Below, piece after piece: positions 1 through 9,494 of a stretch of 64,000 nt of DNA. The notes under the pieces are model-generated. The model made no database searches and had not been told where the DNA came from. It worked only from the letters and a program-made list of their open reading frames with translations. The number at the start of each line of letters is the position of its first letter. The stretch's first letter is position 1. The position numbers and the translations under genes were made by a program. Origin of the DNA: Fistulifera solaris (taxonomy: Eukaryota); contig AP026123.1 of the NCBI GenBank assembly GCA_030295235.1, forward strand, positions 310,001 to 374,000. Reading direction: 5' to 3'.

Positions 1-363
1 GCACGGCTTTGTTCTCTTGAATGACAAAGCCTTTGGCTGACGACGTAAGAAAGCCCAGTCCGATGAGTGAATGCAATCTCTTCATCTCTAGAGTATGAAG
101 CTTGCTATAAAAATAATATTAAAAGCAAAGTGTCTTCAAACGGAATGTCTTTAGTGTGCAGAAGGCGTCGAAGTTTGGCAACGGGCTTTCGAACCGCAAG
201 AATGAGAAAACGGAACACGTTGGCCTTTTTCCAAAGCGAAAAAAAGAAAACAGAACTTTTGGTGAAATTCGGATGACAGCAGAACATCGTTGGCCTAAGT
301 AACAAGTACCGGTACGAAAGCGCAAAAGCGGTTATCAAGTGCCGGATGCCGGAAGTTGAAAGT

Positions 364-1293
364 CTACGTAACCTTCACGTAGCTCTCGTGGGGAAATTTA
401 TCGACAGAGGGAAAACCCGGATATTGTCCAATTTCGAACACACCATCTTTCGCGTCTTTTGGGCATCAATGTCACCAAAACGTTGCCCAACATTGCTTAT
501 GCAAGCCATGAAACTTTATTCGACTTTTTGTTTGACAATGTAAGATGAAAAAGTAGAAAGACACGACGCTTCCAATGTCTACGCGTAATCTGCGTAGCCG
601 CCGTAGGAAATTTATCTCTGCAGGGGTACCCGGAGTTTGTGTTCTTCGCCATCATCCAATTCTTCGACCTGCAGTGCACAGATGTCAGCGTGTCCTTATC
701 CTCCGTATCTGGTTCGTATCTTGAAGCAATAATGGCCTTCGAAATGAAAACAAAACGTCGATGGAACGAACGATGCAGCGCTTCGAATGTCTACGTAACC
801 TTCACGTAGCTCTCGTAGGGAAATTTATCGACAGAGGGGAAACCCGGATATTGTCCAATTTCGAACACACCATCTTTCGCGTCTTTTGGGCATCAATGTC
901 ACCCAAACGTTGCCCAACATCGCTTATGTAAGCCATCAAACAATATTCAACTTTTAGTTGACAATGAAAGATGAAACAGTTGCAAGACACGACGCTTCCA
1001 ATGTCTACGCGTATTCTGCGTAGCCGCCGTAGGAAATTTATCTCTGCAGGGGTACCCGGAGTTTGCGTTCTTCGCCATCATCCAATTCTTCGACCTGCAG
1101 TGCACAGATGTCAGCGTGTCCTTATCCTCCGTATCTGGTTCGTCTCAAGACGCATTAATGGCCTTCGAAATGAAAACAAAACGTCGATGGAACGAACGAT
1201 GCAGCGCTTCGAATGTCTACGTAATCTTCACGTAGCTCTCGTAGGAAATTTATCGACAGAGGGAAAACCCGGATATTGTCCAATTTCGAACAC
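364..1293. repeat. ~427-bp tandem repeat, about 2.2 copies
   Basis: CTACGTAA(C/T)CTTCACGTAGCTCTCGT...GGATATTGTCCAATTTCGAACAC starts at 364, 791 and 1217. The copies are highly similar. The third copy is truncated at ~1293. Confidence 0.95.
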
Positions 1294-1311
1294 GTTGTAG
1301 GGGTAGGGGTC

Positions 1312-1337
1312 GGGTACCGGTACCGGTACCGGTACCC
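1312..1337. repeat. perfect 26-bp palindrome G(GGTACC)4C, preceded by G-runs
   Basis: Read directly as gggtaccggtaccggtaccggtaccc; gtaggggtaggggtc lies just upstream. Confidence 0.95.
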
Positions 1338-1479
1338 AGATAATTCACGATGATGGCATCTCATCGGCGGAACCACCCAAAAAGCTGAGTCAAAAAAATA
1401 AAAATTGGTTGTGCAATCTCACTTTCCATCTATGGTTGCATTGTTATCATTTTTAAAATTTACTCTTTATGGTCTCAAC

Positions 1480-2970
1480 ATGCGATTTGATCATAGCGTA
1501 ATCATCTTTCTTGGGGCGTCGTTGCTGCCGCATTTAGATGCTTTTAGTTTTGTCAAAAACAGGGTGGCGCAACACCCGAAAGTAGCGTCACACATTCGGG
1601 TCTTTTCCAAAGATACTGATGATTATGACGATTGGTACGACGATTTCGATCCATCTGATTTCGAGACTCCTGCTCTTAGCAATGGCAGTCGTCGCCGACC
1701 GCATGGCTACATACGAGACACGAGCGAGGACAATTCGAATGTAAATTTAGATGCCGTGAATGCACTCTTGCAAGAAAGAGCAGATGCACGTTCAAACTGG
1801 AATTTCGATGTTGCGGATAAATTAAAAGAGCGGCTACTGCGAGAACACGGTGTGAGAGTGCTAGACAGGGAAGGGATTTGGAGGTCGGGATGCAGTGAAA
1901 GCGGCAGTGGTTCGAAGTTTGGTCGACGAAAACAGTCTCGTGGTAGGGATCCTATGATGGGTCGATCTGACTCTCGTCGTAGCACACCCTTACGCGATTT
2001 TGGACCCAAAGGTCATGACTATCGACGCGTGGGGGCAAGAGTGGAAAATGAAAGCGAAATTGATGCCGCGCTCGCTGAGCGGCTGCAGTGCAAATTGAAT
2101 AGAAATTTCCGTCGCGCGGACGAAATTCAATTCGACTTGATGACCCGAGGTGTTTTCATTAATGACGGTACAAAGGAGTGGAGAGGAGATGGTAAGGCTC
2201 TCGACATAACAACCGAAATACCCAGTAAGAATGAGCGTGCAACACAGCAGTATGCGCCATCTCCTGCTCGGAAATATTCCCAATCACCCTACAGTGAATA
2301 TTCCGAAGACTTGCCACGGATTGAAGATTTGGTAGCAGAACGATCAAAAGCCAAAGCTATTAGTGACTATCGCACAGCCGATGCTATACGCGAAGAATTG
2401 CGCTTGGTTCACAATGTTTTTATTAACGATCGATTGTTGCTATGGTCAGTGGGCGGTCATTTTGACCCACCTCAAGAGTGGCGCCGGTCAAGTACTTCCC
2501 ATGAAATATCGGACCATGATGCTAACGAAGTAAAAAGGATGTTGCAAGAACGCACCGAAGCCCGATTGGTCAGAAACTTCAAAGAAGCTGATGAGATTCG
2601 TGAGAACCTGCGAACTAAGTTTAACGTTCTCATTAGTGATCGGTCAAGTGAGTGGTGGGTGGAATGGCCTCTTTCGGATGAGTCTAGAAGTAGAGCTTCT
2701 GAAAGTGATCAGTACAATTTGGACGTCAATGAAGTATTAGATTCTGATGGGCCATCTTTTGCTAATGAGTATGAAACAGCGATATGCGAGCCTTCTGGTA
2801 ACACAGCTGATTCAAGTGAGTTGCAACGGCTCACGGTCGCTGCACTAAAGGAGAAACTGCGTGAAGCTGGCCTTCCCGTTAGTGGAAAGAAGTCAGAATT
2901 GATCGCTAGATTAACATCATCTTTTAGAGGAATCAATCTATTCTCATTATATGGAGGCTTTTATTTATGA
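1480..2970 (+). CDS. predicted plastid-targeted protein with four CysRS anticodon-binding-like repeats and a C-terminal SAP domain
   Basis: First plausible ATG at 1480 gives the signal peptide MRFDHSVIIFLGASLLPHLDA-F. Four repeats of ER..AR...(N/D)F..AD.IR..L....(G/N)V.I.D....W follow. SAP motif LTVAALKEKLREAGLPVSGKKSELIARL near the C-terminus. Confidence 0.8.
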   Translation: MRFDHSVIIFLGASLLPHLDAFSFVKNRVAQHPKVASHIRVFSKDTDDYDDWYDDFDPSDFETPALSNGSRRRPHGYIRDTSEDNSNVNLDAVNALLQERADARSNWNFDVADKLKERLLREHGVRVLDREGIWRSGCSESGSGSKFGRRKQSRGRDPMMGRSDSRRSTPLRDFGPKGHDYRRVGARVENESEIDAALAERLQCKLNRNFRRADEIQFDLMTRGVFINDGTKEWRGDGKALDITTEIPSKNERATQQYAPSPARKYSQSPYSEYSEDLPRIEDLVAERSKAKAISDYRTADAIREELRLVHNVFINDRLLLWSVGGHFDPPQEWRRSSTSHEISDHDANEVKRMLQERTEARLVRNFKEADEIRENLRTKFNVLISDRSSEWWVEWPLSDESRSRASESDQYNLDVNEVLDSDGPSFANEYETAICEPSGNTADSSELQRLTVAALKEKLREAGLPVSGKKSELIARLTSSFRGINLFSLYGGFYL

Positions 2971-3067
2971 TAATTGCTTGCAGACGAGGTCAAGGGTATT
3001 CGTACCAGCAGGGAAAGACTCGTTGTGAAGACTAGTCCTAAATGTTTAGTCCATTGAGTTGCCATTT

Positions 3068-4003
3068 GTCGTAGCTTTGTCACTTCTCTTGTTTCTGTCA
3101 ATGGGTAACTCTAAGCTGGCCGCATGTGATTCGTAATACATTGCGTAGGTCTAAATGAGGAGTTTATATACTCATAAAACCTGGAACTGTCTTTCTATTA
3201 ATTTCAATTCTCAAAACACTAGTTCCCGAATATCAGGAACGTCCACAGCATTTTGTATGATCCAAAACACCGATTCCAGAATAACTGGAACATCCACGAA
3301 ATGTCTGTTTTGACTCGAAGAAACAACTGGTCCAGAATTTCTGGACCAATCACACAGAATTTCTGGTTCACACAAACCACGAATTCCAGAATTTCTGGAA
3401 TTTGCTCAAACTGGCTGTATTTCACAAAACACTAGTTCCCGAATATCAGAACGTCCACAGCTTTTTTGTATGATCCAAAACACCGATTCCAGAATAATTG
3501 GAACGTCCACAAGTAGAGAAAGTAATACTAAAAGGACAAGTTTCAAAAAAAAAAAAAAAAAAAAAATGTCTGATTGATTCGAAGAAATAACAGCTCCAGA
3601 ATTTCTGGACCAGTCACACAGAATTTCTGGTTGACACAAAACCACGAATTCCAGAATTTCTGGCTGTATTTCTGAAAAACACCAGTTCCCGAATATCAGG
3701 AACGTCACAGCATTTTTGTATGATCCAAAACACCGATTCCAGAATAACTGGAACGTCCACAAAATATCTGTTTGACTCGAAGAAACAACTGGTCCAGAAT
3801 TTCTGGACCAGTCACACAGAATTTCTGGTTGACAATAAACCACGTATTCCAGAATTTCTGGAACGACGGTTGTCGTAGCTTTGCCACTTCTCTTTTTGTC
3901 AATAAATAGTTCTTAGCTGGCCTCGATTGTTTCATAACACATTGTGTAGGTTTACAAGAAGAATGAAGTACTCAAAATACCTGGAACTGTCTTTCTATCA
4001 ATA
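3068..4003. repeat. satellite island (three ~200-250-bp higher-order units, 3214-3865) between ~135-bp diverged direct repeats (3068-3203 and 3872-4003)
   Basis: AAAACAC(T/C)AGTTCCCGAATATCAG...TTCCAGAATTTCTGG is repeated from ~3214, ~3426 and ~3676. Both flanks read GTCGTAGCTTTG.CACTTCTCT...AGCTGGCC...ACCTGGAACTGTCTTTCTAT. Confidence 0.9.
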
Positions 4004-4037
4004 GTTTAGAATGTATGTATGTCTTGCAAGAAACTTC

Positions 4038-6153
4038 TCAAAAGCACTCGGAGCAACACGAACAAGAAATCGCCGAGCAATCAGTTGCAAAAAGCTGTAA
4101 ATATGTTGGATTGGACTCTCTTCGCGTGCTCAGCACTTTGCAAATATCCTCGAACGATCCAGCAAATTGATTGCCATGCGATGAGAAAAGAACTGAAATA
4201 AGGGAAATTGTGAGACCCAAGGTTTGTGCGAAATCATAGGCCATTTGAGCGAAGTACTTACTGAGGTTCTCGAGCCGAGACAACGCAACCACAGGTAAGG
4301 CCTCGGTGAGGTTGTTGTTTTCTACTTGCAACACCATCAATTCCGTCAAATTGGCGACATCAGACGAGAGCCCTCCGACAAACGTGTTGTTGTTCAGATC
4401 AAGAGCTTTGAGCGCGGCAATCGAATACAGGCTTTCTGGTAGCACTCCAGTCATTTTGTTATCATCTAGTTCAAGGATTTGAAGCTGTTTAAGATTTCCG
4501 ATGCTTGAAGAGATAGTACCATTGATCTGGTTATGATCGAGAGAGAGCTGGATCAACGAAGAGAGCGCAAACAATTCCGATGGCAAGGGCCCTTTGAGTC
4601 CATTGTCTTTCACCACAACCTTTGTCACTTGTTTCGTCGTGTCGCACGAAACACCGTACCAATCGCAGTGATGTTCATCGCTGAGCCATCGCTTTTCGCA
4701 ACTCAGATCGCCTGTCGAGCAAGACACCCAAGCATCACCTTGTGTGGCATAGTAAAGAAGAACCAGCACGTATCGTTCGACGGTATCGCGGCCGTTCCCC
4801 GGACAAGCGATGTAGCCATCTTCCTGATCCAACCACATTCTTGCCCACCATTCCGGTGATCCTGGGGTCAGGCCTACGACTGGATTGGATACATTGGAGA
4901 AAAGCATGACCAACTCGGTGGAACGTAGCTCTGGTTCCATACCACATTTCTCCATAATAGTCCCAGTACGACCAGGGAAAGTAGGCACCAGCGTGGTAGA
5001 AGGACCATTTGTGATTGACGGCTGCAATGAAAGAGAAGGAATATCGGATGGAAAGTCGGATGAGAGAGAGTCGACAGTCGGTTGTTCCTCGTCTGGCTGT
5101 AAGAGTACGCTTGAACTCGGCGAGAGGGAAGAAACTGCTCCGATGGCAGTCGGCGTGGACGGAACTAACTCGGGTGAGGGCGGAGCTGCTCCCGTTGGCT
5201 CTGCTACGGCTGGCATGACGCTGGCTTGGGGCATACTGTTTGTCGGTGCCGTCCCGGCGAGCTCTCGCCCGTTGGTGTCGCTACAGGCGATCCATTCGGG
5301 CTGGGTGCAATCGGCGATCCTTGCACCGGTGTAAGAGTAACCGATCCTCCTTCTGATGGAATTGCCACGGGAAGAGTAGCCGTGGGTGATCCTACCGTCG
5401 GATTGGATACAGGTGATTCGGCACTCGGCAACGATCCTGGCGATCCGGTTGTGGGGGCTGGAAGGGGCGATCCGACCGTAGGAGACGAGACTGGTGACGT
5501 CTCTCCGGTCGGTGTTACGACCGAACCATCTGTAGGTGAAGGAAATGGCAATCCACCTTCAGTCGGAGTCGATACGGGCGATTCGGCGGGGGTTGCAACA
5601 GGAGATCCTCCTGTTGGAGACACAGGAGATCCTTCCGACGGAGATGAGACTGGCGATCCTTCTGTAGGTAATGAGACTGGAGATTCTTCTCCAGTTGGCG
5701 TCGCTACAGGTGGTCCTTCTGAAGGAGACGAGACGGGAGATCCCTCTCCAGTCGGTGTCGTTACCGGCGCGACGTCAGTGGGCGATGCCACTGGCGTTCC
5801 TTCTCCAGTGGGTGTTACGACCGATCCTTCCGTGGGGGCTGAAACCGGAGAACCTTCACCAATCGGTGAAAGTACAGGAAAGGCGCCTGGTGGAGTCACA
5901 ACACTTCCCGATGGAGGTGTTACAGGCTGAACGGGAAGAGACATTGACATGGACTGCATTTCCAAGTTGCTCTCAGCGTAATCCCTCATCAGAGCATCCA
6001 AAAATACGTCAACTTGGTGCTTATCGGTGAATCTGTTCTCAGTCATTGCTCGTCGATTGGTGAGTTTGATCTCATAGGATTGATTGCGCATGCGCTTCAA
6101 AGCAGCATCTGCTCCTCCCAAGGCGAACAGCAAAAGAAAGCTGTCCGAAACAT
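4038..6153 (-). CDS. secreted leucine-rich repeat protein with a long Pro/Ser/Thr-rich (mucin-like) stalk
   Basis: ORFs 5204-6133 and 4038-5234 join through a frameshift. ATG 6153 with a 1-nt indel gives the signal MFRTAFFLLFALGGADA. SPVSxPTEG repeats, ERYVLVLLYYAT, the LRRNT cap (HCDWYGVSC) and plant-type LRRs (LxxLxLxxNxLxG) follow. In-frame intron at 4193-4261. Confidence 0.85.
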
Positions 6154-6804
6154 GATCAGAAAGCTTTGTAAATTGCCAACTAGACTACGTACTCCAATGC
6201 AAGGTGGCTCAATTATTTGTCGTCTCGTTAAACAAACAAAGATGGACGATTGTAATCAAGGCAATGATTTCGCAACTTTTCTGGTTTCCACTCCGTTTAT
6301 TTATTGGAAAATGTCCTCGTTGTGGATCTGTCGTTTCGAATTTCAATTCATTATACGTCCATGAAGATTGAACATAAGGGCAGCTTCAACGGTGAAAACA
6401 GTTCACCCTAAATACATTCGGTCGTCCATCAGAAACCGGTACTGAAGATGGCTACAGTTTGAAATGCAACGGCTATTTTCAAAGTCGACCCGTCGTCCGT
6501 CGTCGTGCACCTTTGTCGTCAACGTCAAATCAGTTTCCGTTGATGATCTTGGTAAATAGTATAAATTGTGTTGCTTACCTGAGCTTCTTACTATACATAT
6601 AATGTACTAAGAAAATTAAAGCGTTACCCCCTCGTCATGTCCTTCGACCTCCCTCGTCGTAAAAAACACCACGAGTAAACACCATTGACCTTTTTTTTGT
6701 TTCGAATCAAAACCGTGCAATTCGCAAGGTGTTGCAGAAGACCCTAAGGTTTATTTTCATTTCTACAAAAGAGAAAAGCTTAATCGCTCATCCGGACTTG
6801 CAGA

Positions 6805-8226
6805 ATGCCGCCTTCATCCGTTCTCGTACCGACCCTTCTTGTCTGCTCGATCGTTTGTTGTCTCTACCCAATTCTCCTGTCATCTCCGCATCCTACCTTC
6901 CATCGAAGTGCAATATCTCGAGAACTGGACTCATTTGTCACTCAAAAGCTAAATCTCACCGCATTATACCCTCCGGAAGAACCTCTTCCGAACCCACCGC
7001 TCTCGGATGGACACGACACATTCAGCGCCTGTTTACTGGTGATGGACGACAATCATCGACTGATCGAGTGGCTTGCTTACCATTATCATGTGTTACCGCT
7101 GCGCTATTTGGTTGTTGCGGTCGATCCAAGAAGCAAAACAACACCCACGAGTATATTGAATCGCTGGCGTGAGCAGGGAATGTACATTTTGGAGTGGTCC
7201 GATCGAGATTTTTGGAAACGAAAATCGCCATTGCGCGACATTCCGGATGATGCCGAGCTGCAAGTCAAGCGTGACCGCCATCGTGGTCGACAAAAGTACT
7301 TTTACCGACAATGCTTAATCCATTTGAAGGAAGAGAATCGCACGTGGGTCTCTCTTCATGATTCCGACGAATACATGGTGTACAACCATGCGGGCGGAGA
7401 CAAGTTTCGAGAGTGGGAAGACAAAATGAAAGATCGTCATTCAAGAAGTGTTCATAGTAAGGAGGTTCGTATTGAACCATCCAAGACACCACCGACCACG
7501 GCTGAAGAAGGAGCAATGATCAAATACATTCGTCAAGAACAAGAGGCTGGTCTCGAGTTTTATCAATCTCCTTGCATCGGTATTCCTCGCCTTACATTCA
7601 GCGCCGTGGAAACCAGCACATCCATCACAAAAGGCCTTGCTCCAGAAATAGCATCATCTTTTGATCTTGAGCAATTTGACACACTGCGCTGGAGGAAACA
7701 CGCACCTCGAAATGATTTTGTGAAGAATGCATTGGGCAAAGTCATGATCGATGTTTCTCGCGTCGATATGAAAAATACTCCCATGTTCAGGAGTTTACAT
7801 CGTCCTATTCAATCCATCTGTCCTGCACCGTGGCACAATGACTGGTCGTCGGGCATTCGAATCAATCATTATTTGGGGTCATGGGAGTCATATAGCTTTC
7901 GCGACGATGCTCGAAGGGGCTTTGAACGCAGTCGAGAGCAATGGGAATTCAAATCAACTTCGAGCGCCGTGCAAGATGACGATAATGTCACACCCTGGCT
8001 GAATGGTTTCGTCGAAAGCCAGGGACTCCCGAAAGCTTCCAGTCTACTGCATAATATTGGTCTTCCCAAGCACTACCGCAATGAAAAGGATCATAGATGG
8101 AATTTACTACCCGACAAGTTGGCCAAAATCATGGAGACGGATGTTACCATTGCGAATGACAACAAAATGGTTGCGTTTGATGCCTTCGTTCGAGAGAAGT
8201 ATCGTAACTCATCGCTCCGCAGATAA
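6805..8226 (+). CDS. type II membrane glycosyltransferase-like protein (GT92/GT-A type)
   Basis: Intact 473-aa ORF with an N-terminal TM segment. Motifs FSACLLVMDDNHRLIEWLAYHY, WVSLHDSDEY (DxD-like) and RINHYLGS. Confidence 0.75.
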   Translation: MPPSSVLVPTLLVCSIVCCLYPILLSSPHPTFHRSAISRELDSFVTQKLNLTALYPPEEPLPNPPLSDGHDTFSACLLVMDDNHRLIEWLAYHYHVLPLRYLVVAVDPRSKTTPTSILNRWREQGMYILEWSDRDFWKRKSPLRDIPDDAELQVKRDRHRGRQKYFYRQCLIHLKEENRTWVSLHDSDEYMVYNHAGGDKFREWEDKMKDRHSRSVHSKEVRIEPSKTPPTTAEEGAMIKYIRQEQEAGLEFYQSPCIGIPRLTFSAVETSTSITKGLAPEIASSFDLEQFDTLRWRKHAPRNDFVKNALGKVMIDVSRVDMKNTPMFRSLHRPIQSICPAPWHNDWSSGIRINHYLGSWESYSFRDDARRGFERSREQWEFKSTSSAVQDDDNVTPWLNGFVESQGLPKASSLLHNIGLPKHYRNEKDHRWNLLPDKLAKIMETDVTIANDNKMVAFDAFVREKYRNSSLRR

Positions 8227-8321
8227 GTGCTGCTTCACCTGCTCGATGTTATGTTTATTCTTTGCAGAGTGGCAGATAGCCTATTCTAGAAACCTTAGTT
8301 ATGTTGTTCAATGTTCTATTT

Positions 8322-8772
8322 TTACTTTGACAGATTGTTCGTTACGTCGTCTAAACTAGAGGATGCAATAGAAACACACAATTCACCTCGTTCACCATCA
8401 TGCACATAAATAATGAATGATCGCTCATTCAAGCAGAAAAAGCATTCCCACAGGCTGGGCACTGGTTCTCTTCCGGGGGGAAAGAACGGCGCAGATCTTG
8501 CAGCGGCGCATATGGGCTTGATGTGCAAAGATACTACCCCATCCATTTGCAGGTAGCTTTTGAAAATGGAATCCCTGGAAAGTTGCAGTAGTAGCTTGAC
8601 GTGCACGAAGTCGTTCCGCCTCTCGTCGATGGTCTTCCAACAACTGTTCCTGGGTGTAGACGGCCACACGATGATCTCTGTGTCCTTTGTAGTCTCGCAA
8701 AACAATCGGCTCTGTCGAGATAGACTTGAGCGGTGCCTCGTCGTAACGGTCATCATCGTTGGATTTCGTCAT
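8322..8772 (-). CDS. hypothetical protein, probably frameshifted
   Basis: Overlapping ORFs 8425-8856 and 8322-8756 can be joined at the G-run near 8475. No recognisable domain. Confidence 0.3.
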
Positions 8773-9494
8773 TTGTCGTTCTGCATGCGGGACGCGGGAC
8801 AGGAAATCGTTTTCGAATGGTGAGATAATCGCGACAAAAGAACATTGTGTTTGCAAATCATCGAATTGAATGCATCACATCATCTTACCAGTTCAGGTAG
8901 AAAATATAGAAACGAGATATAAGAAAGGAAATAAATGATGATTGTTTTGTTTGTGATGCAAAAGACAAGCTTTCTGCAATGTGTGATGGTGAAAGATTTT
9001 TTTGTTTTTGCGCGGTTTCGTGTTGTTTTTGTGTCTGATAATGGTGCGACAGGTACTATAAAAATTAAAGTAGGTTGCCCGAAGTTTGAAACAACCTCTG
9101 ACGTCATGCCTATTGAGTCATGAAAAGTCACGAGTTGTTACCACGATTTCTTCACACAACGCGCAGCATTCATTATTATCATCATTCTTTCAAACACCAC
9201 CATGGTAAGCTGCTATTGTCTTGATTATAATACACTATTCTTTAGCATCGTTTGCAAACGCGCCTGGTCGGAAATCGCCACATTTCCAATACTGGTATCG
9301 AGGATCTAACTTGATGCCAAACGCTTAGCCTTAATGCAGATAGGATTGATCTCCGATGTGAAAGAAAAAAGATCTTTGATGATAGCATCATTACAAGTAA
9401 CAGGGTCAAATGCATCTATTCTTATTCCCGTCCTGCAACAAATAAAGAAATAGTATTCGTTTACCTAGATTGTTCATCGTCAGCCTCTTTTCCC

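Noticed and set aside
67..1300. Transposase in the short ORFs of the 427-bp repeat region
   Set aside because: No DDE, HUH or RT motifs are recognisable in any frame.
1295..1314. Telomere repeat
   Set aside because: There are only two GTAGGG-like units, not a TTAGGG array, and genes continue immediately.
5226..5930. 234-aa + strand Gly/Asp/Val-rich ORF
   Set aside because: It is the antisense shadow of the Pro/Ser/Thr repeat stalk of the LRR gene.
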